A DNA stretch of 58,706 bases, counting the filler, from Dugesia japonica (Eukaryota), in NCBI GenBank assembly GCA_001938525.1. It is 5 parts of 5 records of this genome, joined end to end, with 100 filler letters (N's around TTAATTAATTAA, not from the genome) between each part and the next. Parts side by side here need not be neighbours in the genome. Positions count along the whole stretch, not along the records: positions 11,155 to 21,146 come from MQRL01637566.1; positions 21,247 to 30,241 come from MQRL01457838.1; 3 more parts are not named here. One strand, given 5' to 3'. Numbering within the stretch: position 1 is the stretch's first letter; each line of letters opens with the position of its first letter. The notes under the pieces are model-generated. The model was not told where the DNA came from and ran no database searches. It saw nothing but the letters and a program-made list of their open reading frames with translations. Below, one piece after another: positions 11,055 through 24,617 of this stretch. The position numbers were made by a program, and so were the translations under genes.

Positions 11055-11519
11055 NNNNNNNNNNNNNNNNNNNNNNNNNNNNNNNNNNNNNNNNNNNNTT
11101 AATTAATTAANNNNNNNNNNNNNNNNNNNNNNNNNNNNNNNNNNNNNNNNNNNNATTAATACGAATTTAAAAGAAACTTTTAAAAATTTTTAGTTCCAAA
11201 AAAATTAATTTTATAATTTTGTGTAAAATTAGTTAATTTTGAATGAATTTTAAAAAAGAAATTTATAAAAAATAATATTTATTGAAAAGAACATAAATTA
11301 TATGTATAAAAAACACAAAACAAAATAAAGTTTTTCAAAATTTTAAAAAAAAATAGAAAAATTTAAAATTAAAAAATTCTAAGTATAATATATCTAAAAT
11401 ATCTAAAAGACTTTTCTGTATTAATCAAAAAAATATTTTTGAAATTTTTTGAGTTGATTTAAAAATAAAAATTAAAATCATTAAAATTAAAAGTAAAAAA
11501 CATAAACCAATAAAATTTC

Positions 11520-13560
11520 CGATGAAATTTAAAGAATTGAGTAACAAAGATCTATTGTATTGAATATCTCAAGAAGCCAACATGTTCCTGAAGAAGACTA
11601 TTGTCGAAAATTTGAACTTTTTTACAAATAAATGTTATTTTGATCGAAGCTGTTTCTTATTTTAACGAAATCCTATTCTATTAGTTTTATTTCATATAGT
11701 TACATTTATAAAAGAATATCCAATTACCTTTATCGCTGAGCCATTTGCACATGTTAATGTCTTGTTTGATCGAAGCATCTTGACGTTTTCTTTTTCTCGG
11801 ATCATTTGAAATAGTTTGAAATTCATGATGCTGGACTCTGCTCCAGAATCTATAAAAAGTTTCTCTTCTTCTTTTTCTACTTTGCCTTTGATTATTGGTT
11901 TGTTTGCATCGGGTTTGCTTCTTGTATCTGATATCTTTGTCCTTTGTGAATTGGAAATTTGTGTCTTGAACCTCGAATATATTCATCCAACTGAATAATA
12001 TCGTCTGGGTAGTTGATATTTCTTTTTTTGCCTTTTGTCTTTTAGTTTTCCTTTCTTTCGAAACATTTTTGAAAAATTCATTATTATCTTCAAATTCCTT
12101 TTCATAATCACAACTGGCTTCATCATATTTAGTAATAGAATTGTCATTTGTTTTTGCTAGTCTTCAANNNNNNNNNNNNNNNNNNNNNNNNNNNNNNNNN
12201 NNNNNNNNNNNNNNNNNTAATAATATCGTCTGGGTAGTTGATATTTCTTTTTGTTTCCTTTTGTCTTTTAGTTTTCCTTTCTTTCGAAACATTTTTGAAA
12301 AATTCATTATTATCTTCAGATTCCTTTTCATAATCACAACTGGCTTCATCATATTTAGTAATAGAATTGTCATTTGTTTTTGCTAGTCTTCAAAAAGCTN
12401 TTTTCTGAATATTAGATCTTTTTGCTGCTTGACAAAATCGAGATATATGTCCGGATTTGTTACAGTTCCTGCATAGCAATGGTTTGTTACAATTTCGACC
12501 AATATGACCTTTCCTGTTACAATTCTAACATTTTAATTCTTGTTAGAATATTTGAACTGCATACTTTGGAGAAGTTCTTCTAAGATGCTGCATCGTAATT
12601 TTTCTGGTCAGCAACTCGTTGAGTCCAGTTGAAACCAACAGTGTGNNNNNNNNNNNNNNNNNNNNNNNNNNNNNNNNNNNNNNNNNNNNNNNNNNTTTCA
12701 TAATCACAACTGGCTTCATCATATTTAGTAATAGAATTGTCATTTGTTTTTGCTAGTCTTCAAAAAGCTATTTTCTGAATATTAGATCTTTTTGCTGCTT
12801 GACAAAATCGAGATATATGTCCGGATTTGTTACAGTTCCTGNATAGCAATAGTTTGTTACAATTTCGACCAATATGACCTTTCCCGTTACAATTCTAACA
12901 TTTTAATTCTTGTTAGAATATTTGAACTGCATACTTTGGAGAATCTGTTTCATGGTTTCTTTCCAAATACTTTATACGATTTTCAAGCTAAATAATTTTT
13001 CGTTTTAATTTTTCAATTTCTTGCCATTTTTTGTATTAACATGATTGCTAATAATTCGCAATTTATCAATATGTCGAGTTTTATCTTCCTTTTTCATAAA
13101 ATTGAAAGCTTCTTCCAGAGTGTTTGGTTTCATAATTTCCATGGCTCTGGCTGCAAAACGATGATTAATCCCTTTCAAAAATATTGATAAGAGAGTCTTT
13201 TCTCTATCAAATTCATAATAATCTTACATTTCGCGAATACCAGCAACTCTGATAGCAGTTACATACTGTCTAAGAGTAATATCTTCCTGCTTCAAGGATA
13301 AAATATTAACTATTGAAGTTACCTTGGTTGACTTGATTTGATATAATTCAAATAACTTTGTCTTCACCCATTTATAATTCGATTTATTAGATTAAAACTC
13401 TGGAATTGATTGGAGTTCAAAAAATGCTTCTTCTTCTAAACTTTTCAATAACTTCTCATGAAAAGTTCTTCTAAGATGCTGCATCGTAATTTTTCTGGTC
13501 AGCAACTCGTTGAGTCCAGTTGAAACCAACAGTGTGTTTGCCGAAAAAACTTTGAATTAA
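11520..13560 (-). mobile_element. Ty3/gypsy gag-protease remnant, locally duplicated around gaps
   Basis: C*NCNRKGHIGRNCNKPLLCRNCNKSGHISRFC double zinc knuckle (two copies, about 12430-12530 and 12800-12900); aspartic protease FIDSGAESSIM at about 11825-11855. Confidence 0.8.
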
Positions 13561-14390
13561 CTTACAAAATTATCAATGATATTGCAATATTGTTTTGTAT
13601 TCAATACACCACTAAAGTATATTGGTCCCATAATTCCACGATGTGAAATAGCTAGCAAAAAAATCAAATTTTCATAGTATGAAGTGGTGATTCAATAAAC
13701 ATATGAGGATAAACAGTGCTCCAGTGGTCATTGTTTTGAACATTGACGTATTCGGACCAATAAATTCATGACTCATCTTAAGAAAGGTCATATTTGATTG
13801 TTCATTTGTCATATTCTTTTAAATTCAATTGCAATAATCGTCTATTAAAATCAGGTCCACACAACTCTGGCAGTTTATAGAAATACATATTTAATTTTCT
13901 GTACACAGCCATGTGGCATGTTCCAAAAGATAACTTGATTTCATTCGAGAGACGTCTTAACGATTTGGTAGAACTATATGTCAATCGGTTCGAATATTTT
14001 TAAGCACTTTTCCAATTAGTCATTTTACACCACTTAGATGCTTTTTTATCAGCGAATAAGCCAGTTTGTCGAAAACGTGTCATTAAAAAGTTCACAGTTG
14101 ATTTTGAATGAAAACCATGTTTAGGAAATCTGTGTATAAATTATGGAATACATTCGTCATATGAATGCAACCATGTTCCAGCTGCAGTTAGTTTTCCATT
14201 ACAAAAAAATCTTTGTTCTATAGTAAGCGGCATTTCTAAAATAAAGGAATGTAACATTTTTTAAACTTAAACGTATAGGTAATTTAGCATAGTATTAAAA
14301 CAAGAATAACTCATAGTATAGGTTATCTAAATTTAACATATTAATTTCTAGAAATTATACAATCAATTCACTTTTCAATTGAACACCCTG
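13560..14390 (-). mobile_element. Tc1/mariner-superfamily transposon remnant (DUF4817-type N-terminal HTH)
   Basis: TA-CAGGGTGTTCAATTG terminus at 14392-14376; MPLTIEQRFF..SKSTV..RFRQTG..KSLRRLS..DES..VNVQN, with stops. Confidence 0.7.
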
Positions 14391-14470
14391 TATTAAAATT
14401 GTTTCTTTGTAAATCATTTTAAATTCATGAAAAATTAAAAATAGGTTTATTATTTACAAAATAATTTTAG

Positions 14471-17400
14471 AATTACATCAAATCAAGTACAAAAGGCGAA
14501 ATTGGATGAAACTGAATTTAAACCTAGAAGACCTTTATCTCTTTTCTTAGCAACTTTGGATAAAGGATTAACCGATTTATCTACTGGTAAGCCTGATAAA
14601 ATAATCGCCGGATATGAAGGCAAAGTCTTACAAAATGTATTTTAAATTTCTTTAGACTAATATTTAACAGTTTTTAGTACTTACTATTGCACACTGTTCC
14701 TCTTTATCTCTGGGGAGGAGATATTGGATATTTTAAATCAAATACTATTCACAGATTTATGTCTAGATCAGGAATTGAATTAATATTTTGGATGGATAAA
14801 AATCAAGTCATGCGTATTGGATACGATGGGCTCGCAAAAGACAAATGGGTAATATTTCAGTAAAATAATTTATTATTTTGAAAATTTTTAAAAAATAGAA
14901 TCATTAAAAAAATTCAAATCATTGTTAAAAACCTGTTCTTTTAATTAATTTTTTTATAAATACAAAGAAATTTTTAATGTTTAAGTTCAAGTTTAATTAA
15001 CAACATAAAATACTGCAACTAGATTAAATTCTAAAATTGAAAAGAATTATTTGTAGAAATTAAAAGATGAAGTTCTTTGAAAATCATTCTTTGATATATC
15101 TAATTAGTAAAGTCATTTTACGTTGTCTTAAATTTTCAAGTGCGCTTTAAACTTTCATTTTATGATTTTTATTAAACTACACAAATCAACTTCGCAATGA
15201 TAGACAAACCCATCTTTCAGACTGGAAAATCCTCAACAGACTAAATCATGTACTGGTTTGACCAGATTTAAGTTATTTAACAAAACAAAAAGAGATGAAA
15301 TAAGACGAATGCGCAAGAAAATAACGAGATAATTTTGGAACCCTATGTTTCTTCCTCCATCAAACACGCTGATGTTGGAATCATCGCCTCAAAGCTCTTT
15401 GCTTTTCAATGTGCTAGTCTGCTTGTTATGGAAAAACCCTTGCCTGCTCAACAAGGCTTCAGATTTCTTGATCGAGACCAAAACAAATTTTTTGATAAAA
15501 TTAGAGTGAAACCCAATCTGTTTGAGCAGTATCTAGTTTTCTATATATCACGATCCCAGACACTCTACTGAGATCGTGGCAAGGAGGACCTTCCAATTTG
15601 TTAGATTTTTCTGAATGTCCTCCTTAACTAAAGTATACTTATTTATGTTCATGCCTCTTGCAAAGTTTAAATTACTAGATGTGTTCTATCTTTTTTCACA
15701 CCCGGTAGCATTTTACGCTTCCCCGCGTAATTGATAAGCTGCAAATCATCGCGATCAGACCTTTTAACAAGTTTGAAGGTATGATCGACAATGACTTTAA
15801 AATTTTTGTTAGCTCTAACAAACCTGGCAACTAATTCAAGTACATTATTGTGTCGTCCTTTATGGATAATTGAAGAGAACGTACAGTGATAAAGAAGGTG
15901 TACTTGAGTTTCTATGTGGTAAGAACACTTCCTGTNAAAATGTGAAAGTCATATCATGATCATTTTTACAGGAAAGTTGCTTGCTCTGGCTTTGTGAATG
16001 AATCGCAAGTGTTCAAATTTGATAGAGCCGTCATATAACTGTTTTGTAGAGAGTTAAGACGCTTCAATCGAAGTGGAAAGTGCTCCAATCTTTAATAAAG
16101 CATTCTATTTTTATGTGTGAGCCCAATCTAGAAGACTATGGAGTGATTTGGTCATGGTTTTGGTCCATGACGGAAATCAGAAAATTTCTTCTAGAGTTGC
16201 AATTGATGACCTGTAAGCAAACCCCATGCTCGTTGCGTTTCAATACCAATTGTAAGTTAAGCATGTTATAAAGGTATGCGATTCCATCAGGGACCTTAGA
16301 CTACCGGTACGTGAGATGGGATTGGATGATATCGACTGAGTGCCAGTCCAATGCTTTTTTGATTGAGTAAAGTTTTAAACGCTTCATGTGTTTAGATGCC
16401 CCATGAATCATTGTTTAGCTATTAAGTATTTTAATAAATCTTATCTATTTTTTGAAAAGTTTGTGGCTTATTTGCAACTTCATATTTACGTAGAACTAAA
16501 ATATTTATTTTGTAGAACTTTAATTAATAATAGGTGCTGATATATTGGGTGCTGATTTCTTTGTATATCACGATGTTAGTATTAACTGCAACAGTAAAAA
16601 CATAACATTTTCTACTTTCGGCTGCACTATATATGTACATTCTAGACAATATGATATGATGATTGCAAATCAAGTGCTACAAAACGATATACAGATGAAT
16701 AATAACACAAAAGGTAATCCAGCAGCACAGAAGTCTCGACGATTATTTGGAGAAATTTTGGATGCAGTAAAAAGAGAATTTGATTGTCTACTGAGAATTG
16801 AAATAATTTGCCCCAACAACAACGAGTGGAACTCACCACTTGTTGTCGTTAAAAAACAAGATTGATCGTGGAGACCTACATACAATTAAATGAACTAACG
16901 TTTCCAGAAAAATACTCTTTACCTAAAATCCAAGATCTATTGTATGAACTAAGGTGCTCTACCAATTTCAGGAAATTAGACTTTAAAAAAGCATTTTGCT
17001 AGATACCAATAGCAGAAAAGGATAATCACAAAACTGCGGTTATCACACCATTTGGCTTATATCAATATTGCAAAATATCATTTGGATTGAAGAATTGCTC
17101 AGCTATTTTTCAAAGATTCATAGATACAATTCTGAAAGAGCATCAAGACTTAGCAATATCATAGATATCTAATAGATACTGTGTTTATGGCCAACAAACA
17201 AGTAGGAGCCTACAAAAAAATTAAATTAAATTTTTTGTATCATTTTAGTTATTGGGTTATTAAAAATATAGAAACAAAGACAAAAACGTCACATAAAATT
17301 CTAAATCAATCATTTGTACAATTAGTATTTGTTTTAATTAAGTTTTTTTAAACTATCTAAACTTTTCGGCTCTTTGCATGAACAAAGTCATAAATAGCAT

Positions 17401-19373
17401 CTTCGAATGACATTTCCGGTATTAAATTTTTTTTGATTGAAAGAATTGCTAGAGAAGACAATCTATCTTCGCTACACTTGACCTTGAATAACATTTGACA
17501 AGTTTAAATTTTGAAAATGATCGTTCAATCTCACAAGTTACCAAATTGTTCCAAAAATTGAAAGATATTCGAAAAGCAATAACTAACTTGTTGCGATTTA
17601 GGTGCTCGTCATTAGCAGTTTTGTTTGGTAAGATTTGGGTTATTGAGAAATTGGTTGCTATAGTTGAGCAATTGTTGAGCTGGAGCAGAATATTATCTAG
17701 AGTAGAGTAGAAATATTATGTAAATTGATAAATTGTTTTGATTGACTGTTGATTATTTTGAGTGATTTATGTATTTTTTAAAATATTTTTAATTATTGTT
17801 TGTTTTTCCAAATTTTGTCTAATTAAAATAAAATTGCCTTATAATGATATTTGTTAGAAAATGGGTTGGTTTGTGGTTTCCATACTTATTTGGCCTACCG
17901 GCCCCTTTTTAGAAAAAAATTACTCTTCACTCCCTTTCTTAAATGAACAAAAAATAAATATGCATCTTTATTTCTACCTATGTCCTAGAATTTAGTTTTA
18001 AGTGGTTTTTCTTTATATCTTAAATCTTCTTAAATTGCACATAATACATGAAAGATTACAAATAAAAAAGCTTGTTGCAAAATTGGTGATGCGTTCATTA
18101 ATCATTGATTAAAAGAAACAACGTGTTAATGATTGGGAGAAAAATTAGGCACTGTTTCAAAAGAATCCAAACTAGACTAATCGATACATCACTTTCAATA
18201 GAGAATGGATCCATTTTTGCACTCTACAGTCGGCTCAAATATCGATGCAGTGTATTTTGCCTGGAGAAAGTGTAACGAAGCGATAAAAACACAAAAACAG
18301 CTGGGAAGGTTATGGCTACCATTTTCTGAGATGCCAAACGTTTAGACTACCTTGAAAAATAGAAGACTATAACAGAATCTCACTAGGCAGCGTTGCTTGA
18401 TCGTTTGAAGGATAAAATCAAGAGAAATGGATTACATTTAGCGAAGAAAGAAGTGCTGTTTCATCATGAGAACGCACCTTCTCACAGATCACATGTTGCT
18501 CAAGCAAAATTACACGAATTAAGCTTCAAATTTCTTTTTCATCCTCCATATTCTCCGAATTTAACACTTTGTGACTTCTTTTTAATCTTTAATTTTAAAA
18601 GATTGCTTTTTGGGAAGATATACTATTCAAATGAGTAACTGAAACAGGAAACGTGAGCATATTTTAGAAGATTACAGTTAACGTATTTTTTAGAAGGTAT
18701 CAAAAACTTGAGAATCGGTGGAATCATTGTATTGAGCTACAAGGGTCTTATTTTGAATAAAATTAATTATTTTGTTAATGCTATTCTTTCTTAGAGAGGC
18801 CAGTTACTTTTCGGACAGCCTAGTATATATTGAGTTTACACATATAAATATTTTTTATTTGACAAAGACTCGAATGAAATGATAAATATTAGTATTCATT
18901 TTAGCTTAATAGCGACTAATTTGTGAAGTAATCTAAAGTAAAGTAATTTGTAGCTATATGAAATTCTCAGATATCAAAATTTCAATGTTATTTTTTTATA
19001 AAAAAAATTGAATCAAGTATTAAAATCATTTTTTGATATTTCCTAATTTTGAAACTGATTATATTAATTTATTATGCAGGCTGAAGTTGTTAAATTTAAT
19101 CTTCATGCTAAAGATGGAATAGTTTGGTTGCTAAAGAGATCGATACCATGCCCACAAAACCTGTGTCCCCATAAAGTAGTTATTATGGATTATGATTTAT
19201 TCGATGTATATGTTAGCGCATGTCAAATTATGGAACTTCCAGGTATAACCAATGCAAAAGAGGCAAAAAAACAATTTAATGATAGGCCGATAAAAATTGC
19301 TTTGGATAATCCTAAGAAGTGTTCAATATATAAACAACCTACTCATAAAGTAACCAAGAAAATAAATGCGTAA
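14471..19373 (+). CDS. FAS1/fasciclin-domain protein, 3' exons 14471-14636, 14678-14848, 19080-19373 (5' exons not identified)
   Basis: Phase-compatible GT-AG introns (41 nt and about 4.2 kb) give an uninterrupted frame with LQNYLLLHTVP (FAS1 YH-like motif) and AEVVKFNLHAKDGIVWLLKRSIP (H2-like motif). Confidence 0.65.
15200..16420 (+). mobile_element. Highly decayed probable non-LTR retrotransposon
   Basis: GC-enriched stop-ridden segment with RLPVREMGL (LP..GGLG-like) near 16300. Confidence 0.3.
16500..17170 (+). mobile_element. Ty3/gypsy protease end and RT remnant
   Basis: ILGADF..WNSPLVVVKK..LNELT..YSLPKIQDLL..KLDFKKAF..KTAVITPFGLYQY..FGLKN..FQRFID. Confidence 0.85.
17350..17600 (-). 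mobile_element. hAT transposase C-terminal dimerisation fragment
   Basis: VTCEIERSFSKFKLVK..RS..EDRLSSLAILSI. Confidence 0.7.
18040..18824 (+). mobile_element. mariner transposon remnant
   Basis: AGKVMATIF..HHENAPSH..HPPYSPNLTLCDFFL; right TIR-like TACTTTTCGGACAGCCTAG-TA. Confidence 0.85.
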
Positions 19374-19599
19374 AAAAGAAAAATATTGATTTGGACAACT
19401 TATTTAACATTTAACAGTTTAATTTTGTTTAAATTTTTAATTTAATTGAAATATACAAAACATAATGTTCATTTTTGAAATAGGGCTTGTAAAATAATTT
19501 TAATATAAAGGGTGTAACTGAAATTGCGCACTATGGGAAGTTTTAAGAAAAATATAAATTTTATGTTTTTTGATTTCATGATTTCATATTTTTTTGATT

Positions 19600-19760
19600 A
19601 AATTAAAATGCTTCGATCAAAATAATCTTTTACTTTTTATATTAATTTTTAGTTCTTGATAGTATTTCGAATTTTTGACTTTATCTTCTTCAGGAATTGA
19701 CTTTTTGATTTATTCAATATTTATTACTAAAAAAAATTTTTTGGAATTAATTTATTTTGT
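19600..19760 (+). repeat. Unclassified dispersed repeat, second copy at about 50600-50730
   Basis: Shared GCTTCGATCAAA..TTGATAGTATTTCGAATTTT(T/C)GACTTT(A/G)TCTTCTTCAGGA. Confidence 0.6.
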
Positions 19761-21029
19761 TGAATTTCAATTGGTTAGTTACCGTCTTTTTACTAGATTT
19801 GCTTTACTGGTCCTCAGACAGCGCTATGTATGTTTTATAGCTTTATTTTACAAATTGTACTGAACTTTTATAATAATATAATTAGGGGCAGTAAAAATTA
19901 ACAATATTAATATTTTAAAGATTATCTAACTTCCTGCTGAAAGCCAATCACATTGCAAGACAATTTATTTTTATATGCGTCTGCTTATAAGAATTTGTGG
20001 GCTTATATTCCCAGGTATTTGTGTGTAACTTTAATTATTTATTTTATTTTAATGAATTAAATTTATTTGTTTAAATTAATAAGTGCAGCTCATTTGCGTG
20101 CTCAAATTTTGTACCACATCATGAGCCGCTTAAAAGAAAAAATCTGTAAAAAATAGTTTTTCTTATAGCTTGAATAATTCAGAATATACTAAAGTACTTT
20201 ATTACAAATCTACCGCCTTCTTCGTAAGATTTAAAAAAATGAAAAAATATTTAGCTCTACTATGTGCGGTTCAAAATTTTAAAGTTGAAACCACCATCAT
20301 CGGGATGACAATCAAAAACCATCTATACATTACCTAAATGAAAAATGACGAAAAATGAAGTCACCACCTAAATTCAGCACTTTTAAAATAATATTTAAAA
20401 TAACTATTCACATGTTATGATGAAAAACCTGTTATCGTCGGACTCTTAAAAGCTTGTGAAACATATCTGTTATCTTAGAATTTTAATTTGATGTGTTAGT
20501 CACGAGTTATTAGAGATTTAAAATTTGAAAGTTTTAAAACCGCGCCTAGATTCCAATTTCTATTAACTTATCTTGAATTTGATACTATCAGGTGGGCTAT
20601 TAAACTTTATCTATTTAATGTATAAAGTATTGATATCGAAAAATAAATACTTGTACAGAAAATCACATAAAAACAAAGAACTTTTAAAAATGTTTTAAAA
20701 ATAGATTTTTGATATTATATTTTAATCAAAATGCATCAAACTTAATATCATTAGAATGTTAATAATATGACAAATACAACTGTCATATTTTCAAAGAAGT
20801 CTAATGAATAAGTAGCGAGATATTCGCCATTTAAAATTTTAACCTTAATAAAAAGTGAATAAGTTATATACTTAAAATTCTAAATGGAAGATAAATTTTA
20901 AAATGCATTTATGTTGCGTTTATGCTGTAATATTTAAATATTTAATATTTAATATTTAGATGTAATATTTAACTTGTGAAAGTGGACGCACATACATACA
21001 TATACATACAATTACGTTGTTATATATTC

Positions 21030-21145
21030 AATGATTTCTGTAATTTCTATAAAATTTAATCGACTTCTATGTCATTTTTATAAACTTTCACCGACTTCTA
21101 TCTAATTTTTGAAATTTTTTGTTGACTTCTATGTACTTTTTGGAA
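21030..21145. repeat. About 31-bp degenerate minisatellite running into a gap
   Basis: GACTTCTAT(G/C)T recurs at 21062, 21093 and 21124. Confidence 0.7.
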
Positions 21146-22929
21146 ANNNNNNNNNNNNNNNNNNNNNNNNNNNNNNNNNNNNNNNNNNNNTTAATTAATT
21201 AANNNNNNNNNNNNNNNNNNNNNNNNNNNNNNNNNNNNNNNNNNNNAATGAAATCTCAAATCCGATCAATGGTTAAGTCCAACAATTATTCTCACAATAA
21301 TTGTAATTATAAAACAATACATAATACTCAGGTTTTTAGCGATCTTACATTGACTCATTGGATGCAGTTGTTGTCTGCATATTGAAATGCAACTAACCAT
21401 ATACAAATTTAGTTCTTTCTATTTTCTCATCTATTTCTTCTTTTCAAGATTCCCAATATTTCTCATCTTTCCCAACATAAGTTAAAAGGTTTTCTATATT
21501 TTATGAGAGCTCTTTATCGCTGAAATTCTATAGTCATGTGAAATTTTGTCTACTTCGTTAATCTTAAATAGTATTAATTGTAATAATTTCATATTTTCTA
21601 TTTACCAAGATCCATAGCTTCCAATTATTAAGGCGTGTAGCAAGCATTGTTACGTTGGACATAGTAATTGTTATGTTTCTCCCACAATTTCATAATATTT
21701 CTCTTTTTTCTTGTTTTATGTATCTTCATAGCTTAAATTTAAATTTGAATGGACTCTTCACATTAACAATATATTTCTTCTTAAATGGATCTATTATATG
21801 AATGGTCGGATACAGATTATGATTACAGAAAACTGATATACCTTATCTTCAAATCTTGTTATTTCTTGCAATATCAAATTTTATAATCTTTTGATAGCAG
21901 CACAGAGCATGTAGTGCCATTTCTTTAGCTTCACCGCAGCACGACATTTTCGGTACTTCCAGAAACATTTCACTCTTATTGGAAAATCATTTGTTTTCAA
22001 ATTGTGTGTTAAATGGATCTTTTATTTGAATGTGAACTACTTATTTCGAAATCAACTTAATCTTCAGTAATGATAAGCAAATATTTTATTTCAAAAATTT
22101 ATGAAATAAAATCTTCTCCAATAAAGATTCTTCAGATAGAATTCACTTCTTCAATTATACAATTTAGTACTTCAAATAACAATTCAATTCTTCTGTTACA
22201 AGAAATATCTTACAATATTTCAACCAAATAAAACGAACAATTTGATTAATAATAATTGAATAGAAATTTATGTTACATAAAATATTTAAAAAAATAGATT
22301 ATTACCAAAAAAATCTACTTTACTAAATTTACTAATAATTTTACAATTTAATAAAAAATCACTTTGCACAAACAATTTTTCTTTAGAAAAATTACAAATG
22401 GAAAAGATTTATAATACAAACAATAATATATACTTACAAACGATTCACTATTCTTCCTAATATTATTGCTACTAAAATTGTACCCTTGTTCTGTTTAAAT
22501 TATAACTTTTTAATTTCTTCCGTTTAAAAAAAATCAAAATATTTGAACAAACAAAATTTCCCTAACAATTCTAAAGTTTAAAAATGAAAAGAAAAAATTA
22601 TTATTTTGAAGTTTACTATGTAATAAAAATGACAATTGAATCACTTTTAGCAGACCTTCTTTTCGAAAAACGTTTACTACAGTGCTGAGTATAATAACAC
22701 TTGATAATATTTTGTTCGATATCAATAATCAATTATTATAAATCAATAAATTATCCGCTATTTCACTTGAATAAAATTATTTTTATTTATTATAACAGTT
22801 TTTCTTAATAAATACTGACGAAAATTTTCTGAGCAAAAAAATCGATCAGATATCTAGTCACTTTGCCGTGTTCTTAGGTAAAATAAAGTAAATTTAAGTT
22901 ATCAATTAAATGACGAAATTTAATTACTG

Positions 22930-23250
22930 AATGAACTCATTATATTGGAAAATTCTCAACTGCCTTCAACTTTGCATGAAACGCTTGTTTATTTTGACGA
23001 GGATATTTATCCAATAATATTTTCATTGTTANCCATCAATTTTACATTATCTGTTAATGTGGCTTTGCCGGAAAGAAGTTTCTCATGCTTGAAAAGATTA
23101 GACTTACTTAAGAAATAAAATAGGCCAAGATAGATTGTTAGGTTTAGCGTTATTAAATATTCATACAGATATAGATGTTAAAATTGATGATATAATATAT
23201 TTATTTGCCAATGGTGGAAAAAGAAGGCTAGATTTTGTAAAAAAATTAAA
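22930..23250 (+). mobile_element. hAT transposase C-terminal fragment
   Basis: TLSVNVALPERSFSCLKRL..YLRNKIGQDRLLGLALLNIH..KRRLDF. Confidence 0.8.
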
Positions 23251-23687
23251 TTTAATTATTTATCCTTAATGATCTATTCTTAATAAAAGATTTATTAATT
23301 ATTTTTATTTATTATAACAAATTTAACTTTACCTATTTCAAGAAAATAAATCTTATTAAATGATTTTCTAACAAATAGTTTTGCTAAAAATAATTTTTAC
23401 TAAACAAATAATATCAATTGATTTATCAAAATGCATGCTGGAGAAGTCAAATTAACATCACAAACCTATTTATTTCCGATTGGCTAGATTTGTTGTTTGT
23501 TATCAATCAAATTTATGAATTAGGTTTCAGTATTACATTGTAAGTTAAACAGTTTTTTAATAATTAACAATTTTTTATTTTTAATATTTTTTATATGTAA
23601 ATTAATTTTTAATGGATATTAATAATTATTAAGCAAAAATTTTTGTAATAAATTATCATTATATAAAATTTAGGAAATATTCAAACA

Positions 23688-24617
23688 ATGAGTGGGTTTT
23701 TATGTACAACTGCGTGTGCTCCTACTTTTCTCCCTGTAAATGATAATGACGAATTGGATCTTAATGTAATTCCTTGTTATTTTGAATATTTATACAAAAG
23801 TGGAATTCGATCTCTATTTATTAACGGTGGATGTGGAGAGTTTAGTAGCATAACAATAATTGAAAGAAAAAAAATTTTAGAAAAATGGATTGAAATCGTC
23901 ACTGGTGATATCGAGATTATTGTTAATATTGGAACAACAAACCTCGCTGATACAATTGAATTAGGAAATCATGCATTATCATTAAATAAAATATATGGTT
24001 TAGGAATTGTACCTCCATTTTACATGTCTATCAATGACGAAAATATGTTAATTAACTACCTAATGACCGTTGCACATTCTTTACATAAAAGAGTTCCAAT
24101 ATTATATTATCATATTCCATCAAATTCAAAAGTTGAAATAAATTTTGAAAAGTTTTTAGATTTAATAAAAATTTATGATTTTAGTCAATTATCGGCAATT
24201 AAATTCACGGACTCTAATTCTGAAATGTTCCATCAACTTTCTAATGGAATTCAATCAAAATCGATTGGGATGAACATTTATTGTGGTTATGAACCTTTAT
24301 TAGAAGAAATGATTAAATCTGGTGCCAAAGGTGCAATTTTAGGATTTGTAAATATCAATCCAAAACTTATTAATTCTGTAATAAATGGAATAAAGGATGA
24401 AATCACAAAATCTAATTTAGATAACTTAATAAAATTATTTCATGCCATTCAGGATTATTCACGAATCAATCGTGTAAATCTAATAGGACTTCTAAAAATT
24501 ACTACTGAATTTTATTCACAAATAAAATTGGGACCGATGAAAAAACCTTATAATATTAACAACGACCAAGTAAAAGAATTCAAAAAATTATTAAAAACAT
24601 ACAATCTTTTCAAATGA
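23688..24617 (+). CDS. N-acetylneuraminate lyase-like / DHDPS-family class I aldolase, single coding exon
   Basis: Intact 309-aa ORF with GxxGE (NGGCGEF), PPFY, YYHIP (as in animal NPL) and Schiff-base Lys in IKFTD. Confidence 0.85.
   Translation: MSGFLCTTACAPTFLPVNDNDELDLNVIPCYFEYLYKSGIRSLFINGGCGEFSSITIIERKKILEKWIEIVTGDIEIIVNIGTTNLADTIELGNHALSLNKIYGLGIVPPFYMSINDENMLINYLMTVAHSLHKRVPILYYHIPSNSKVEINFEKFLDLIKIYDFSQLSAIKFTDSNSEMFHQLSNGIQSKSIGMNIYCGYEPLLEEMIKSGAKGAILGFVNINPKLINSVINGIKDEITKSNLDNLIKLFHAIQDYSRINRVNLIGLLKITTEFYSQIKLGPMKKPYNINNDQVKEFKKLLKTYNLFK

Noticed and set aside
11099-11110. TTAATTAATTAA palindrome embedded in N runs (also at about 21191, 30286 and 47976)
   Set aside because: Identical six-frame-stop spacer in the middle of gaps: an assembly linker, not biology.
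11990-12950. Repeated gag segments resembling a tandem amplification
   Set aside because: The repeats flank short N gaps and are nearly identical; typical of mis-merged reads from a multicopy element.
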